In this document: positions 38,080-48,610 of the stretch, piece after piece
Position numbering within the stretch: the stretch's first letter is position 1
Layout of the letters: every line of letters starts with the position of its first letter
IMG/VR virus record: IMGVR_UViG_3300020383_000001
Coordinates: 1 to 64,000 of that record
Length of the DNA: 64,000 nt
DNA from: a virus
Strand: one strand, 5' to 3'
Notes under the pieces: model-generated
What the model was told of the DNA's origin: nothing
Seen by the model: only the letters and a program-made list of their open reading frames with translations
Database searches by the model: none
Program-made: the position numbers and the translations under genes

Positions 38080-41000
38080 ATGGTTGACCAAACTGATCCT
38101 TCCAGTACCCCAATTATGGAAGAAAATACTACAGCTGCTTCTTTAACAAAAGAAAAACAAAAAACAGTGCGTGAAAATTTTAATGAAAAAGCTAAGGCAG
38201 CAGCTAATATACAGCTTCAGAAAAAATTAGAGTTAGATCGTGAAAGCACAATTAGAAGTATTTATGTAGACCCAGATAAAACTGATGAAGCTGACTTTAT
38301 TCTGAATGGTAACCCAGCGCTTACTGTTGCAGAACGTAGATATATTCTTGCTAACTCAAAACGTAAGAAAGCCCAGAACCAATTAAGTGAAACTATTCGC
38401 TTACAGGATACTGCTCGCAGTGTTGGGGAAATGGCAGGGGATACTGCTATTTCTTTGGGTAAAGGTGCTGTCAATCTAGCTGGTGGTTTTTATGGTTTAG
38501 CTAACGTACTGTCACAAGGCTTGAATGCTACAGTAGGTACAGCAGGAAGAACAATCGGTTCATTGCTTGAAGACGGTTCTATATTTGATGAAGAAGGTAA
38601 TCTAGAAGCTGGTTTATTCAATACTGCTGGTATTGATACTGCTCTTAACTTATCAAAAGATTTTGTAGATACCCAAGATATTTTAAGTGGATTTCAGTCA
38701 GAAGGTTTACGTAATACCCGGGATGCAGTAAATCTAAGAGTAAGAGAAGCCAGACAACAAAGACTTACTGAGTTAAAAGAGCAGGGCATTGATCCAACTG
38801 AATTAGCAAACCAACTAAAAGTCGAAGGCACTGGTTTCACAGAGACCTTGGGTGCTATGTGGGATAACCCACAGCTAATTGTTGATGGTTTACTGGAAAC
38901 AGGACCTGAGTTCCTAGGTGGTGGTCTTGTTAAGAAAAGCGCTGATACCTTTCTTACTGGCTTAAAGAAATTAATTAAAAAAGATGGAAGTGGTGTAGCA
39001 GAAAAAGCCGCTGAAGGCATCTCAGATGCCACAGCAGGTACAATCAATATTGTAGCAGGTGAAGCAGGCAATACAGCTAACCAAGCTGCTGCTTCTGTGC
39101 TTAGGATGTCTGATGAAGATGTAATGGAATCCAAAGCAGCAGAGGAATTGCTTAAAGAAAATCCTGATTACACTCCAGAACAGATTAAACGAATATTGGC
39201 AGATCAAGCCAGTATGACAGCATTTGCTATTGCTGGTCCCTTATCAGTACTTACAGGTAAAGTAACTGGTGCAGCTAAACTAGAGGGTAGTGTATTACAG
39301 CGTCTTTCAGGACAGAAAGGTAATATAGCCGATAAAACGGCAGGAGTACTTGGCCAAACTGTGAGCGAAGGCTCAGAAGAGCTAGTTCAAGGTGTTACTG
39401 GCGCAGTTGCGGAAAATGTAGCTGTCGGTGAAGCACTCGACAAAAAGGATTACAACCCTGTCGAAGGAGCAGGTGAACAAGCCGCAGCAGGTTTAGTTAT
39501 TGGCTCTGCTTTAGGTGGTTCGCTAGGTACTGTACAAAAAACTGTAGAAGCAATTAAAGATGGTAGCACTATTGCTGGTGGTGCTGCTGAAACTGTACAG
39601 GATAGTAAAGATATTCAGGCCGGCAATTATGAAGAAGTCATAAAACGAGCTGCAGAAAATGACCAACCTGACAGAGCTTTGGCTGCTTTGACTGATGGGC
39701 GGGTACTACAAAAAGTACGCAACAAAAGTCAAGAAGATCCTGATGCCGTAATCACACATGGCAAAGCAATATCTAAGCAATACAACCGTAGTATTGCTAT
39801 GCTTCAAGAATTACACAAAGCAGAATTAGAAGCCAAAGACAATAAAGATACTAAGGCTGTTAAACGTATCCAACGCCGTAAGCAACAAATAGAGCAAACT
39901 CTTGTTAAGTATAAAAACAAAGAGATTAAGGTAATTGATTACCTAATTGGCAACAAAGCCCAAAGTGCTGAAGCTAAAGCTACTATAGATAAACTGTCTT
40001 CTACTGAACAAGAAGTAGAATTGTCAGATGACGAAATCAACAATGCTATTAAGTATTTTGGCTCAGACCCTAGTGCAGTTGATACAGAGTCATTAGCTAA
40101 ATTCGAGACAGTGTCAGAAAGATTAAACCCAGCCCAAAAACAACGCTTGAGTGACATTAAAACAGTTAAGCAAGCTGAGAATAGTCTTGCAGAAGTAGCT
40201 GGTAAAAAATCTATTGATGAGGTTAACTCAGAAGTACTTACTGGCAAATCAAAACAGTTTGTTGGTTTACGCACCCATCAGTCTGCAGTCAACAATGCTT
40301 TAAAAATCCAAGACAAAGAAACTGCAGATGAAGCCGTAGGTAATATGCGTTCATTTGTTGAACAGAGAATACGCAAAGCTAATTTGGCTAAACGTATTTT
40401 TGACGGAATCAAAAACAATAACCCAGAGGTATCAACTTTACAGGAGAAATTCAAAGAAGAATTCTCTTATGGTTCTGCCAATGATAAAGGTGCTTTTATT
40501 GACCAACGCAGTGGTAAATTAGTTCGCACTTTAGGGGCTGAAGCAGAGTTAGCTAAAGCTTACTTCAATAATGTACAAGGAGCTTATCAAAGTACGTTTA
40601 ACGAAGAAGTGGAAGCACCAAAATACGATGTCAATTTACCAAGTCAAGATAGTCTGGTACCTGATGTTGAGACGGATATTCCGGAAGCAGAAGTAACTAC
40701 TGAAAATCTAGAAACAGAGGTAGAAACAGATTTAACTCCTGAGACTGCAGAATCAGTCGATACTCCTAAACAAGATGTTGAGCCAGTTACACAAGAAACA
40801 GAGGTCCCTCAAGAAGACACTGAAAAAGCTCCTTCTATGGCTCAAGAAGTCTTACAGGAGCTGGAAACAACAGAGACTAAAGAGCAGCTCAAGAATCGTA
40901 CTGATACGTATGTAGAACGTGTGTTCTCAGAAAGAGTTCTTAAACGTGGTACTCGAATAAAAACTAAAGAGCTATCCAAGATCCGAAAAGATATTGGTGA

Positions 41001-44000
41001 CACCCTGAAAAATGTCATCGACCAACGAGATGATATTACCCCTACTCAGGTTAAAGAAGCAGTGGATACTGTTGCACAAGGTTATACAGACCGTGCAGAA
41101 GATAACGTAGATACAAATAATAAATCTGGCTTGTACCGTTATGGGGTTAAGTTAGCTGAGAAAGCTAATGCTAAGTTCTCGTTGCAGACTCGCTTAATGG
41201 AAGCATCAAGAAATCTTAATAGCTTGTTCCGTATTAAACCAGGCCCTAAAGGTTTCCTATCTAGTAGGCTTAATCCTATTGATTGGTTGGTATCACGTAA
41301 AGAATTGAGTCAGCTTCCAACTGGTGACAGTAATTTCTTGATTGCCATGAAAGAGTATCGTGACGTATTTCAAGAAGCCATCAATAAACCAGAAGTATTT
41401 GGTAATTATTTCCGTAAAGCCAAAGACTCAAAAGATAATCCAATTACTTGGTTACAGACTCGAACCAAGAGACAGACAAATAACTTTACTTCTACTGGCT
41501 TAGAACAAAATGTAGTAGATGCTATGTTCGTAGCTGGTATGGAAGCTATTGGACGTACTCTCAACAAACATGAAAATAGTGAAGACGATATACGAGGCAT
41601 TGTTGGTGATAACAATACAAATGCTGATGATAGTATCACTGCTGCACAGTATAAAAACTTTGCTTACATTGGAATAAACAAAGCAACTATCATTGATCAA
41701 ATTGGTAACAATGTATTAAATCTTCTTGGCTTACAAGAGAAGCAATATATCGATCAAGATGTTATTGATGAGAACGGTAATATCACCGGCAAAGAACGTA
41801 TCTACTTAGATCCAACTAATCAGGAGAGACTGGCAGTTGCTTTAGGTAATTTTGTCTTATCTGGTTTAGCAAGTACTGGAGCAATTGAGATTACTTTATA
41901 CCCTAACGAGGTAATTGAGAAAGCTAAACTTAAAGAGAATAAGTTGAGCATTCCTCAGCTATTGGAAGCTCGTTTTAAAGAGAAGCAAACTGATTATACA
42001 GAAGTTGCTTTTGTTAAGCCTGTATCCACTGGCACCTCAAGTTCTGATTTGCACCCGATGATTCGTAAGATTACTGGGGCATTCTCAAATATGTCGCCTA
42101 ACTTTTTTGATGAGACCTTTGGTTTAGATAGTGAACCTAAAGAGCCATCTTTGGAGCCTATTAAACTCAAGCAGACGAATTATAAGAAGACCCTTCAAAA
42201 GATACCTGCTCGGGTTAAAAAAATCTTACAACGCCATTCAGAGCGTCCTATTCAAACCAAGGAAGGTATTTCTGCTTTGGTTTCTAATCTGTTTGATGTG
42301 ACGTTTGATTCTTCAATCACACTGGGTACCAAAGAGGATGACATGATACGGAACAAACTCCGTATTGGTCTATTTGGTTTCACTGATTTAGATACTATGC
42401 CGGCTGATTTGGTACACCATAAAAAAGCTAAGAATGATTCTATTCTACGTGATATCACCTTGAACGTAGATTGGATGAATAGTGTCAAAGACAAAGTATT
42501 TTACGTGCCTCATGAATTATGGCGTAACAGTCGTTTTGGTATCGCTTCTGCTGTGGCTAATATGCAGAACAGTAAATTAGCTCGCCATATGTTTTCTTAC
42601 TCAGACCAGAGAGTTGAAATAGATCTGATAAATGGTGATGAGGAAACTAACTTAGGTTTCAGATTAGCACTAGCTCAACACCTAGGAATAAAAATAGACA
42701 AAAACACTATTGATACTTCTCTTGAGCAACTCGAAGAGCTAGAAAATGACCCAACTATTTTAGAGGGTCTGCAGGTACTTTCTGAGATTGAGCAGGGTGA
42801 AGTCACTGCAGATACAGCTAATAAATTACTGGCTGCAATAGAGAAAGCAGGTAATGAAAACTTTCAATCTCTTGAGGGGCTAATAAATCTTAAGCGTTAC
42901 CTAGAAGCCAAAGATAATGGTAAACCTTTTACCACAGATATTGGTATCGAGGTTGATGGCGTAAACAATGGTGTAGCTATCAGCCTAATTCAGTTTGGTG
43001 CTGACAATCCAGATACGACTAAGATGATGCTAGAAGCAACCGGCGTATATATGGATGGAAAGTTTACTAACTTTTCTGAATGGCGCAATGCTGGTGAAGA
43101 AACCAAACAAGACTTGTATGAGATGTTCAGTGAACAATGGGGCAAGTTAGTAGAAGCTGATGCAAATAGGCTTGGTGAAGCTAGTTTACTACCTTACTGG
43201 AAAGTCTTAATAGGCGATATGCTTGATAACAGAGGTCTAGTAACCAAACTTGGTAGAGACCTGGCTAAACCTATTGTAATGACTGGTAACTATTTAGCAG
43301 GCTACAGTAGCCAATTCAGCAGCTTCAGTGATGAAGTGTATGAAAAGATGCTTATCAAGTTGGTTAACACTGAATCACAAGATTTCATTGGTACGTTTGT
43401 AAACTTGATGGAACGATTGGAAGAACCTCTAAATGCCAAGCAATTAAAGACTTTAGCTGAAAACCCTAAAAAGTTGTCACTAAGCCCAAAACAAGCAGGC
43501 AAACTGTATAGATCATTAGCTACTGTATATTTTGGACCGATGAAAGATGCTTCTGAAATTTCATTTGGGACCATCAGAAAAAGAATGCAGGATTTTGCTT
43601 TCTCTTACCAAGTAGGCTTTGAGACTTGGTTTGCTTTCTATGAAAAAGCCCAGGAAGCTAAAAGAAATGAGCTTGGTATTGATAAAGGTAAACCATTACC
43701 TAAAGACGTAGAAGCTGAGTTGTATGAGTCAACCATACAATACGCACCAGTCATGCCTTCTTATTTCAGTGGAGATATGACAGAAGCGTTAGAAATGTAC
43801 AAGACAGCTCGTGATCGTCTAACAAGCAAGGATACCCGTGTAATACTTAAGTTTGGTGAGGGTAACCAAAATATACGGTCTATTAGACCACTAGCTTCAG
43901 CAGAAGCTGGAAAGGTTATTGATGGTATTCCTTACAATTTTAATAAAAGTGTCTCAGATCAACCTAGTTATCGTAAGTTTACAAATCCCGGTGTTGCGCC

Positions 44001-47000
44001 TGGTGCCCGGGCAGTACAGTCTCTTGATGGTACAACAATGCTGCTTTTCCTTGAGAAAATCGGAGCATTGAATATTCATGATGCTGTCATGCTTCCTGTA
44101 GATAAAGCATTCTCAAGCACCAAAGCAATGAACGAAGCCTTCTTAGAAGCTATGGATTATTCTTTACCTATGGCAGGTGGCACAATGCTTAATAAAGCAT
44201 TTACTGTCATACGTAAAGCTAAAACACGTTTGGATCCTAATCAATCTAACTTAGCTGTTATTGCTAAGAGATTAGGCGTTAAACCAACTAAAAAGAAAAC
44301 AGCCGAGCAAGTGCTGTACGCTAAGATTTTTAATGCCGGCAGAAATCTAAATGTTGCTAATGCGTCCCGTAAAGAGGTACTATCCCGCATTTCCAGCCTT
44401 GGTCAGTACCATTTACCTAATGGTGAATTATATGTTCAAGAGAAGCCTACAGGGGGCCCTGAAATTGATTTGAATACTCTTGGATCAGAAGATTCAGTAT
44501 TCAGTGATTTTAATCCAACAACAGTAGATACGATTACTCCAACCAACAGTGGAGCTTTATTTGGTAAGTTGGCTCAATTAGACGGTGACGCATTACCTGA
44601 ATCACATTATGAGCAGTTGTCCAGTGTGCTCGATATCGTTGTTAATCGAGTAATAGACCCACTTAAAGTCCGTATACAGAACATGAGTCCTCGGGCTGTT
44701 GGCAGGTTCCAAGCAGATAGCAAAACCGTTGATTTAAAACTTACTGGTAGTAACGCAAACCAAGGTAATAAATCAAACGCTGAGGTCTATGTTCACGAAT
44801 TAGTCCATGCTGTTACAGAAGAGGGTTTTCGTAATAAGCCAAGAGCTCGGGCAGAAGTCAAAAAAGTATTTACTGCAGTACGTAACGCAGGGATGAGACT
44901 GTATCCTGATAATCCTGAGTTGCTGTTACTTAGCAATCCTTTAGCAGCATCTGATGTACAGCGTCGCAATGCTAAAGAAGTTTGGGATTATGTAATGGAC
45001 AACAACCAGGGTACCTACCTGGACGAGTTTATTGCACATGGTTTAACTAATGAGTTAATGCTTACAGCATTGAAGAACCCAGAGGTAGACAAAGAATTAA
45101 GTAAGATTCGGAGAACATTTAACTTAACTACTAAGTCTGATGCCACTTTTACAAGAGTAGTTGTGGGTGCTTTAGATATGGTTCTGAATATCTTTTCTGA
45201 CTTACTTAATGTGTTTGCTGACAAGTACTTTAAAACAACAGATATGAAAGCTGATGCCCGAGTATTTGCTTTAGCTCAGTATTTGGGGGAAAAAGAAGCA
45301 GAGCACACAAGCAAATTTTGGAAAGCCATCGAAAAAGTAGAAGGCTTTAATGCTGTCAGTAACAAGCAAGTTAGAGAGTGGATTATTGAGCCACTTATTA
45401 AGTACGCCGAGAAATCTAAAATATCTCAAATCAAACAACTAAGTACTATCATTGGTAGTGTTGTTACAGATCGCGTTACCCCAGAAGGCTTTAGTGCGAC
45501 TGTGAAAATGGTAATGAACCGAACCAGTATCAGCAAAGACAACCTTGCTGCTTCTTTAATGCGTGAATTACAGGGGCAAAAGAAAGATAACCGTGGATTG
45601 TATAAGTTACTTAGATTATCAGGTAAACACGTAGACCAAGCTCGTAAGCATACAAGTAATGCTGTTAAATCTGTTGCCCGAGGTTATTTCAAAGTTGCTC
45701 CTACCAGAGATCAAAGTGAAGCAATTACACGCATAGGATTTAAAACAGACCTGTCTTCGTTACTTTTGGATGACATGGCTTTACGTAATATGACTCCAGA
45801 GCAGGTAGATGAATACTTATCTAACCCAGCTAATCAAAATAGTTTTAAGCGTAATGCTGAATTGATAAAAGACTTAGTTGGCTCAGGTGATGTAAGAGCT
45901 CGTGAAATTAAAAAGCTTGAAGATTCTATTCGTAATGAGTTTGGTGCCAATGCTCAGTACTACATAATGCAGGCACGTAGCCTAGGTAGCTTAATGGCTA
46001 ACGGTATCCCATTGTTAGAAGACTCGTTAAGAAACGCTCATGCTATTGCTAATTTAGCTGGTAGAAGCTCTATGCAGCCTGTAGGTGACTTAGCCATAGC
46101 AGAATTACTGATTGACCAACTTGCTACTTTGCATGGCTTAGATAACAGTTCAGATACTGATTTACGTAACTTCTATGAAATCTTTTCTGAGGAAGCCTCA
46201 CAGCCAGATAATGACATAGTAAATAATGGTGTCATTAAAACATTACAGATGTACGCTCAATTTAAGCGAGAGTCTTTGGATACCTTATTTGAGGGTAATC
46301 CTATGCTGACTACTAAGGGCTATATAAAAGAAATTACTAACCCGAATATTGGGTTGGCATTTGCTCAAACTCAGGAAGAACGCAAAGCTCTTGAGAAACA
46401 GGGGTACCAGTTTATTAAGACAGTTGGTAAAGACTCCTCAGACTTTAACCAAAGAAAGACTCATATCTATCGCAGTAAAGTAGCAGGTATGAATACTTAC
46501 AATAAGGCAATCCTGTCTATAACAGGTATGCGTAAATCTGGTACAACTTTATATGATGGTCATGTAATTAGTAATACTGGGGACCCTAGCTTAGCTTCAA
46601 TTGTAGATGTGAAGCGTGTACGTCGAATTAATGAAAACAGATATAAAAATAATCAGTATGGGTTACAGGAAGGGGTGTTATTGCAGCCTGTACTAAATCC
46701 AGCCGGGGATATTGTAGATTATCGCTATGTGATGGCTGAGGCTACTAGAAGACAGTTGTTGGATAGAAATGACGACTTTGGTGAAGTCATCGGGGGAATG
46801 TATGGAAACATGGTTGATAAACGCAATAGCGTGGAAATTAATAACAGTGCTATCAAGTACTTGAAAGATTTCTACGATAATGCAGATGACCTGGATACTG
46901 AATGGGTAGAGCTCAGTCCTACTTCTGATGATAAAGATGCTAGAGAATTTTGGAATATGCTTCCAGAAAGCACTCGTCAATATGCTAAAGAAGTCTGGAA

Positions 47001-48069
47001 TAACAAGCCAGTGATGATCCGGAAAGAGGATTATCGTTTGGTTACTGGTTTCCGTAAGTGGAGTATCTCCAGTATCGATACGGAAAGAATGCGTAAATCA
47101 CAAAATCAAATGATGCGCTTAGCCGGTGAGTACATAACCAAAGCAGTTAATCGCCCGGGGGTACGGATTACTGAAAATGTAATCCAAGAATTGGTGCGTA
47201 TGGCTAAAGACACGATTGTAGTGAAATCTGGTGGTGTGCTGTTAGCCAACATATTAAGTAATGCTGTTGTTCTACGTACTGAGGGTATCCCAGTAAGTAA
47301 ACTGATTAAGTATCAAGCAGAGGGTTGGAAATACGCGGCAGAGTATAAAAAAATGGATCAAGAACTTAGTCAACTACAAATAGAATTGGCTAGTGATCCA
47401 CGAATGGGCCGTACTAAGAAAAAACGTAAAGAAGCTCGTATTGCTCAGCTTGGTAAAGAAATGCAGCTTAGCCCAGTAAGAGACCTCATTGATGAAGGCA
47501 TGTTTCAAACAATTGTTGAAGATATTGAGTTGGAAACAGAGTCCTTCACTTATAAGAGTCAATTAGAACAATGGGTTAGTCCAATTACAGATAAGGTGCC
47601 TCAAAGTCTTAAAGACATAGGCAATACTCTATTCATGACCCATGATACTAAGTTGTACCGAGCGTTATTGGATGCAACTCAACTATCTGACTTTGTTGCT
47701 AGATACGCACTGCATAAGCATCAATTAGAAAACGGCATGGAGTACAATGAATCGGTAACAAGAATTGTTGATACTTTTGTGGATTATGATTCACCTACTC
47801 ATGTATCAATACAGTACTTGAATGATATGGGTGTATTAATGTTTACCAAGTTCTTTATTCGTATTCAGAAAGTGATACTAAGACAAATTAGAGAAAATCC
47901 TGGTAATGTGTTGTCGTTTGTGTTGATGCAACAACTATTAGGAATTGATGCACCAGATATCTTTGAAACAATTGCATTAGACCCTGGCAATTTGGGTAAT
48001 AGGTTATATAGCCCGTTCGGAGCATTAGAGGATGTAATGCAATTGCATCTGCTAAACGTGTCACCATAA
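38080..48069 (+). CDS. virion-encapsidated RNA polymerase (N4 gp50-like giant vRNAP)
   Basis: 3329 aa; central T7-like motifs: A (IEVDGVNNGVAISLIQFG), B (LAKPIVMTGNYLAGY), C (ALNIHDAVMLPVD); last gene of the late block, as in N4. Confidence 0.85.
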   Translation: MVDQTDPSSTPIMEENTTAASLTKEKQKTVRENFNEKAKAAANIQLQKKLELDRESTIRSIYVDPDKTDEADFILNGNPALTVAERRYILANSKRKKAQNQLSETIRLQDTARSVGEMAGDTAISLGKGAVNLAGGFYGLANVLSQGLNATVGTAGRTIGSLLEDGSIFDEEGNLEAGLFNTAGIDTALNLSKDFVDTQDILSGFQSEGLRNTRDAVNLRVREARQQRLTELKEQGIDPTELANQLKVEGTGFTETLGAMWDNPQLIVDGLLETGPEFLGGGLVKKSADTFLTGLKKLIKKDGSGVAEKAAEGISDATAGTINIVAGEAGNTANQAAASVLRMSDEDVMESKAAEELLKENPDYTPEQIKRILADQASMTAFAIAGPLSVLTGKVTGAAKLEGSVLQRLSGQKGNIADKTAGVLGQTVSEGSEELVQGVTGAVAENVAVGEALDKKDYNPVEGAGEQAAAGLVIGSALGGSLGTVQKTVEAIKDGSTIAGGAAETVQDSKDIQAGNYEEVIKRAAENDQPDRALAALTDGRVLQKVRNKSQEDPDAVITHGKAISKQYNRSIAMLQELHKAELEAKDNKDTKAVKRIQRRKQQIEQTLVKYKNKEIKVIDYLIGNKAQSAEAKATIDKLSSTEQEVELSDDEINNAIKYFGSDPSAVDTESLAKFETVSERLNPAQKQRLSDIKTVKQAENSLAEVAGKKSIDEVNSEVLTGKSKQFVGLRTHQSAVNNALKIQDKETADEAVGNMRSFVEQRIRKANLAKRIFDGIKNNNPEVSTLQEKFKEEFSYGSANDKGAFIDQRSGKLVRTLGAEAELAKAYFNNVQGAYQSTFNEEVEAPKYDVNLPSQDSLVPDVETDIPEAEVTTENLETEVETDLTPETAESVDTPKQDVEPVTQETEVPQEDTEKAPSMAQEVLQELETTETKEQLKNRTDTYVERVFSERVLKRGTRIKTKELSKIRKDIGDTLKNVIDQRDDITPTQVKEAVDTVAQGYTDRAEDNVDTNNKSGLYRYGVKLAEKANAKFSLQTRLMEASRNLNSLFRIKPGPKGFLSSRLNPIDWLVSRKELSQLPTGDSNFLIAMKEYRDVFQEAINKPEVFGNYFRKAKDSKDNPITWLQTRTKRQTNNFTSTGLEQNVVDAMFVAGMEAIGRTLNKHENSEDDIRGIVGDNNTNADDSITAAQYKNFAYIGINKATIIDQIGNNVLNLLGLQEKQYIDQDVIDENGNITGKERIYLDPTNQERLAVALGNFVLSGLASTGAIEITLYPNEVIEKAKLKENKLSIPQLLEARFKEKQTDYTEVAFVKPVSTGTSSSDLHPMIRKITGAFSNMSPNFFDETFGLDSEPKEPSLEPIKLKQTNYKKTLQKIPARVKKILQRHSERPIQTKEGISALVSNLFDVTFDSSITLGTKEDDMIRNKLRIGLFGFTDLDTMPADLVHHKKAKNDSILRDITLNVDWMNSVKDKVFYVPHELWRNSRFGIASAVANMQNSKLARHMFSYSDQRVEIDLINGDEETNLGFRLALAQHLGIKIDKNTIDTSLEQLEELENDPTILEGLQVLSEIEQGEVTADTANKLLAAIEKAGNENFQSLEGLINLKRYLEAKDNGKPFTTDIGIEVDGVNNGVAISLIQFGADNPDTTKMMLEATGVYMDGKFTNFSEWRNAGEETKQDLYEMFSEQWGKLVEADANRLGEASLLPYWKVLIGDMLDNRGLVTKLGRDLAKPIVMTGNYLAGYSSQFSSFSDEVYEKMLIKLVNTESQDFIGTFVNLMERLEEPLNAKQLKTLAENPKKLSLSPKQAGKLYRSLATVYFGPMKDASEISFGTIRKRMQDFAFSYQVGFETWFAFYEKAQEAKRNELGIDKGKPLPKDVEAELYESTIQYAPVMPSYFSGDMTEALEMYKTARDRLTSKDTRVILKFGEGNQNIRSIRPLASAEAGKVIDGIPYNFNKSVSDQPSYRKFTNPGVAPGARAVQSLDGTTMLLFLEKIGALNIHDAVMLPVDKAFSSTKAMNEAFLEAMDYSLPMAGGTMLNKAFTVIRKAKTRLDPNQSNLAVIAKRLGVKPTKKKTAEQVLYAKIFNAGRNLNVANASRKEVLSRISSLGQYHLPNGELYVQEKPTGGPEIDLNTLGSEDSVFSDFNPTTVDTITPTNSGALFGKLAQLDGDALPESHYEQLSSVLDIVVNRVIDPLKVRIQNMSPRAVGRFQADSKTVDLKLTGSNANQGNKSNAEVYVHELVHAVTEEGFRNKPRARAEVKKVFTAVRNAGMRLYPDNPELLLLSNPLAASDVQRRNAKEVWDYVMDNNQGTYLDEFIAHGLTNELMLTALKNPEVDKELSKIRRTFNLTTKSDATFTRVVVGALDMVLNIFSDLLNVFADKYFKTTDMKADARVFALAQYLGEKEAEHTSKFWKAIEKVEGFNAVSNKQVREWIIEPLIKYAEKSKISQIKQLSTIIGSVVTDRVTPEGFSATVKMVMNRTSISKDNLAASLMRELQGQKKDNRGLYKLLRLSGKHVDQARKHTSNAVKSVARGYFKVAPTRDQSEAITRIGFKTDLSSLLLDDMALRNMTPEQVDEYLSNPANQNSFKRNAELIKDLVGSGDVRAREIKKLEDSIRNEFGANAQYYIMQARSLGSLMANGIPLLEDSLRNAHAIANLAGRSSMQPVGDLAIAELLIDQLATLHGLDNSSDTDLRNFYEIFSEEASQPDNDIVNNGVIKTLQMYAQFKRESLDTLFEGNPMLTTKGYIKEITNPNIGLAFAQTQEERKALEKQGYQFIKTVGKDSSDFNQRKTHIYRSKVAGMNTYNKAILSITGMRKSGTTLYDGHVISNTGDPSLASIVDVKRVRRINENRYKNNQYGLQEGVLLQPVLNPAGDIVDYRYVMAEATRRQLLDRNDDFGEVIGGMYGNMVDKRNSVEINNSAIKYLKDFYDNADDLDTEWVELSPTSDDKDAREFWNMLPESTRQYAKEVWNNKPVMIRKEDYRLVTGFRKWSISSIDTERMRKSQNQMMRLAGEYITKAVNRPGVRITENVIQELVRMAKDTIVVKSGGVLLANILSNAVVLRTEGIPVSKLIKYQAEGWKYAAEYKKMDQELSQLQIELASDPRMGRTKKKRKEARIAQLGKEMQLSPVRDLIDEGMFQTIVEDIELETESFTYKSQLEQWVSPITDKVPQSLKDIGNTLFMTHDTKLYRALLDATQLSDFVARYALHKHQLENGMEYNESVTRIVDTFVDYDSPTHVSIQYLNDMGVLMFTKFFIRIQKVILRQIRENPGNVLSFVLMQQLLGIDAPDIFETIALDPGNLGNRLYSPFGALEDVMQLHLLNVSP

Positions 48070-48072
48070 ATA

Positions 48073-48101
48073 AGGGCCCTTATGGGCCCTCATCTCTTTT
48101 C
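48073..48101. terminator. convergent (bidirectional) terminator hairpin
   Basis: AGGGCCC-TTAT-GGGCCCT sits between the + strand vRNAP stop and the - strand block; the stop codon of the small - strand ORF lies inside the stem. Confidence 0.5.
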
Positions 48102-48259
48102 TTGTAGTGTTCTTTAAAGCCGTAAAAAACTACGGAAATAAATAAGAACAATAAACCAAGTGGAACAAGCACGACCCATGAAAATGCTACTAATCCTATA
48201 ATCACCAAAATAATAATTATGGTAATTATTGTGGCCAGTACAGATTTAATCAGGTGCAT
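48080..48259 (-). CDS. small hydrophobic membrane protein (59 aa), not in the ORF track
   Basis: My own translation: RBS AAGAGGT then ATG, MHLIKSVLATIITIIIILVIIGLVAFSWVVLVPLGLLFLFISVVFYGFKEHYKKRDEGP. Confidence 0.4.
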   Translation of the reverse strand: MHLIKSVLATIITIIIILVIIGLVAFSWVVLVPLGLLFLFISVVFYGFKEHYKKRDEGP

Positions 48260-48268
48260 AGTTACCTC

Positions 48269-48610
48269 TTAGTTAAAAAGACTTCCACCTTTGGCGGATT
48301 CTTCTTTTGGAGCTTCCTCCTCTACCTCAGACTTTTGATCTGATTCAAAAGGTGGCTGCTCTTCTTTTTGAGTTACTTCTGAAGTATCTTCAGTAGCACT
48401 TTGTTTTAGAGGAGCATATTCTTCTGTAGCTTCTGCAGGGATTGAATCTCGTTTACGGCTAATTGTAATCTCTGCAGAATAGCCAGGAGTTGGTTTACGA
48501 ACAGTGGTTAAGCTGATTTCGATATTCATGCCTTGGGTACTTAAACCCATGTTAGATACATGATCACGAATAGCTTGATCAATCTGCTCGGTACCTAAGA
48601 TAATTTTCAT
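48269..48610 (-). CDS. hypothetical protein (113 aa), acidic C-terminus
   Basis: Listed ORF, overlaps the RuvC-like gene start. Confidence 0.35.
   Translation of the reverse strand: MKIILGTEQIDQAIRDHVSNMGLSTQGMNIEISLTTVRKPTPGYSAEITISRKRDSIPAEATEEYAPLKQSATEDTSEVTQKEEQPPFESDQKSEVEEEAPKEESAKGGSLFN

Noticed and set aside
38262-47562. Multiple short antisense ORFs inside the vRNAP gene
   Set aside because: They are nested in a 10-kb gene with coherent T7-like motifs. They are chance open frames in AT-rich sequence.
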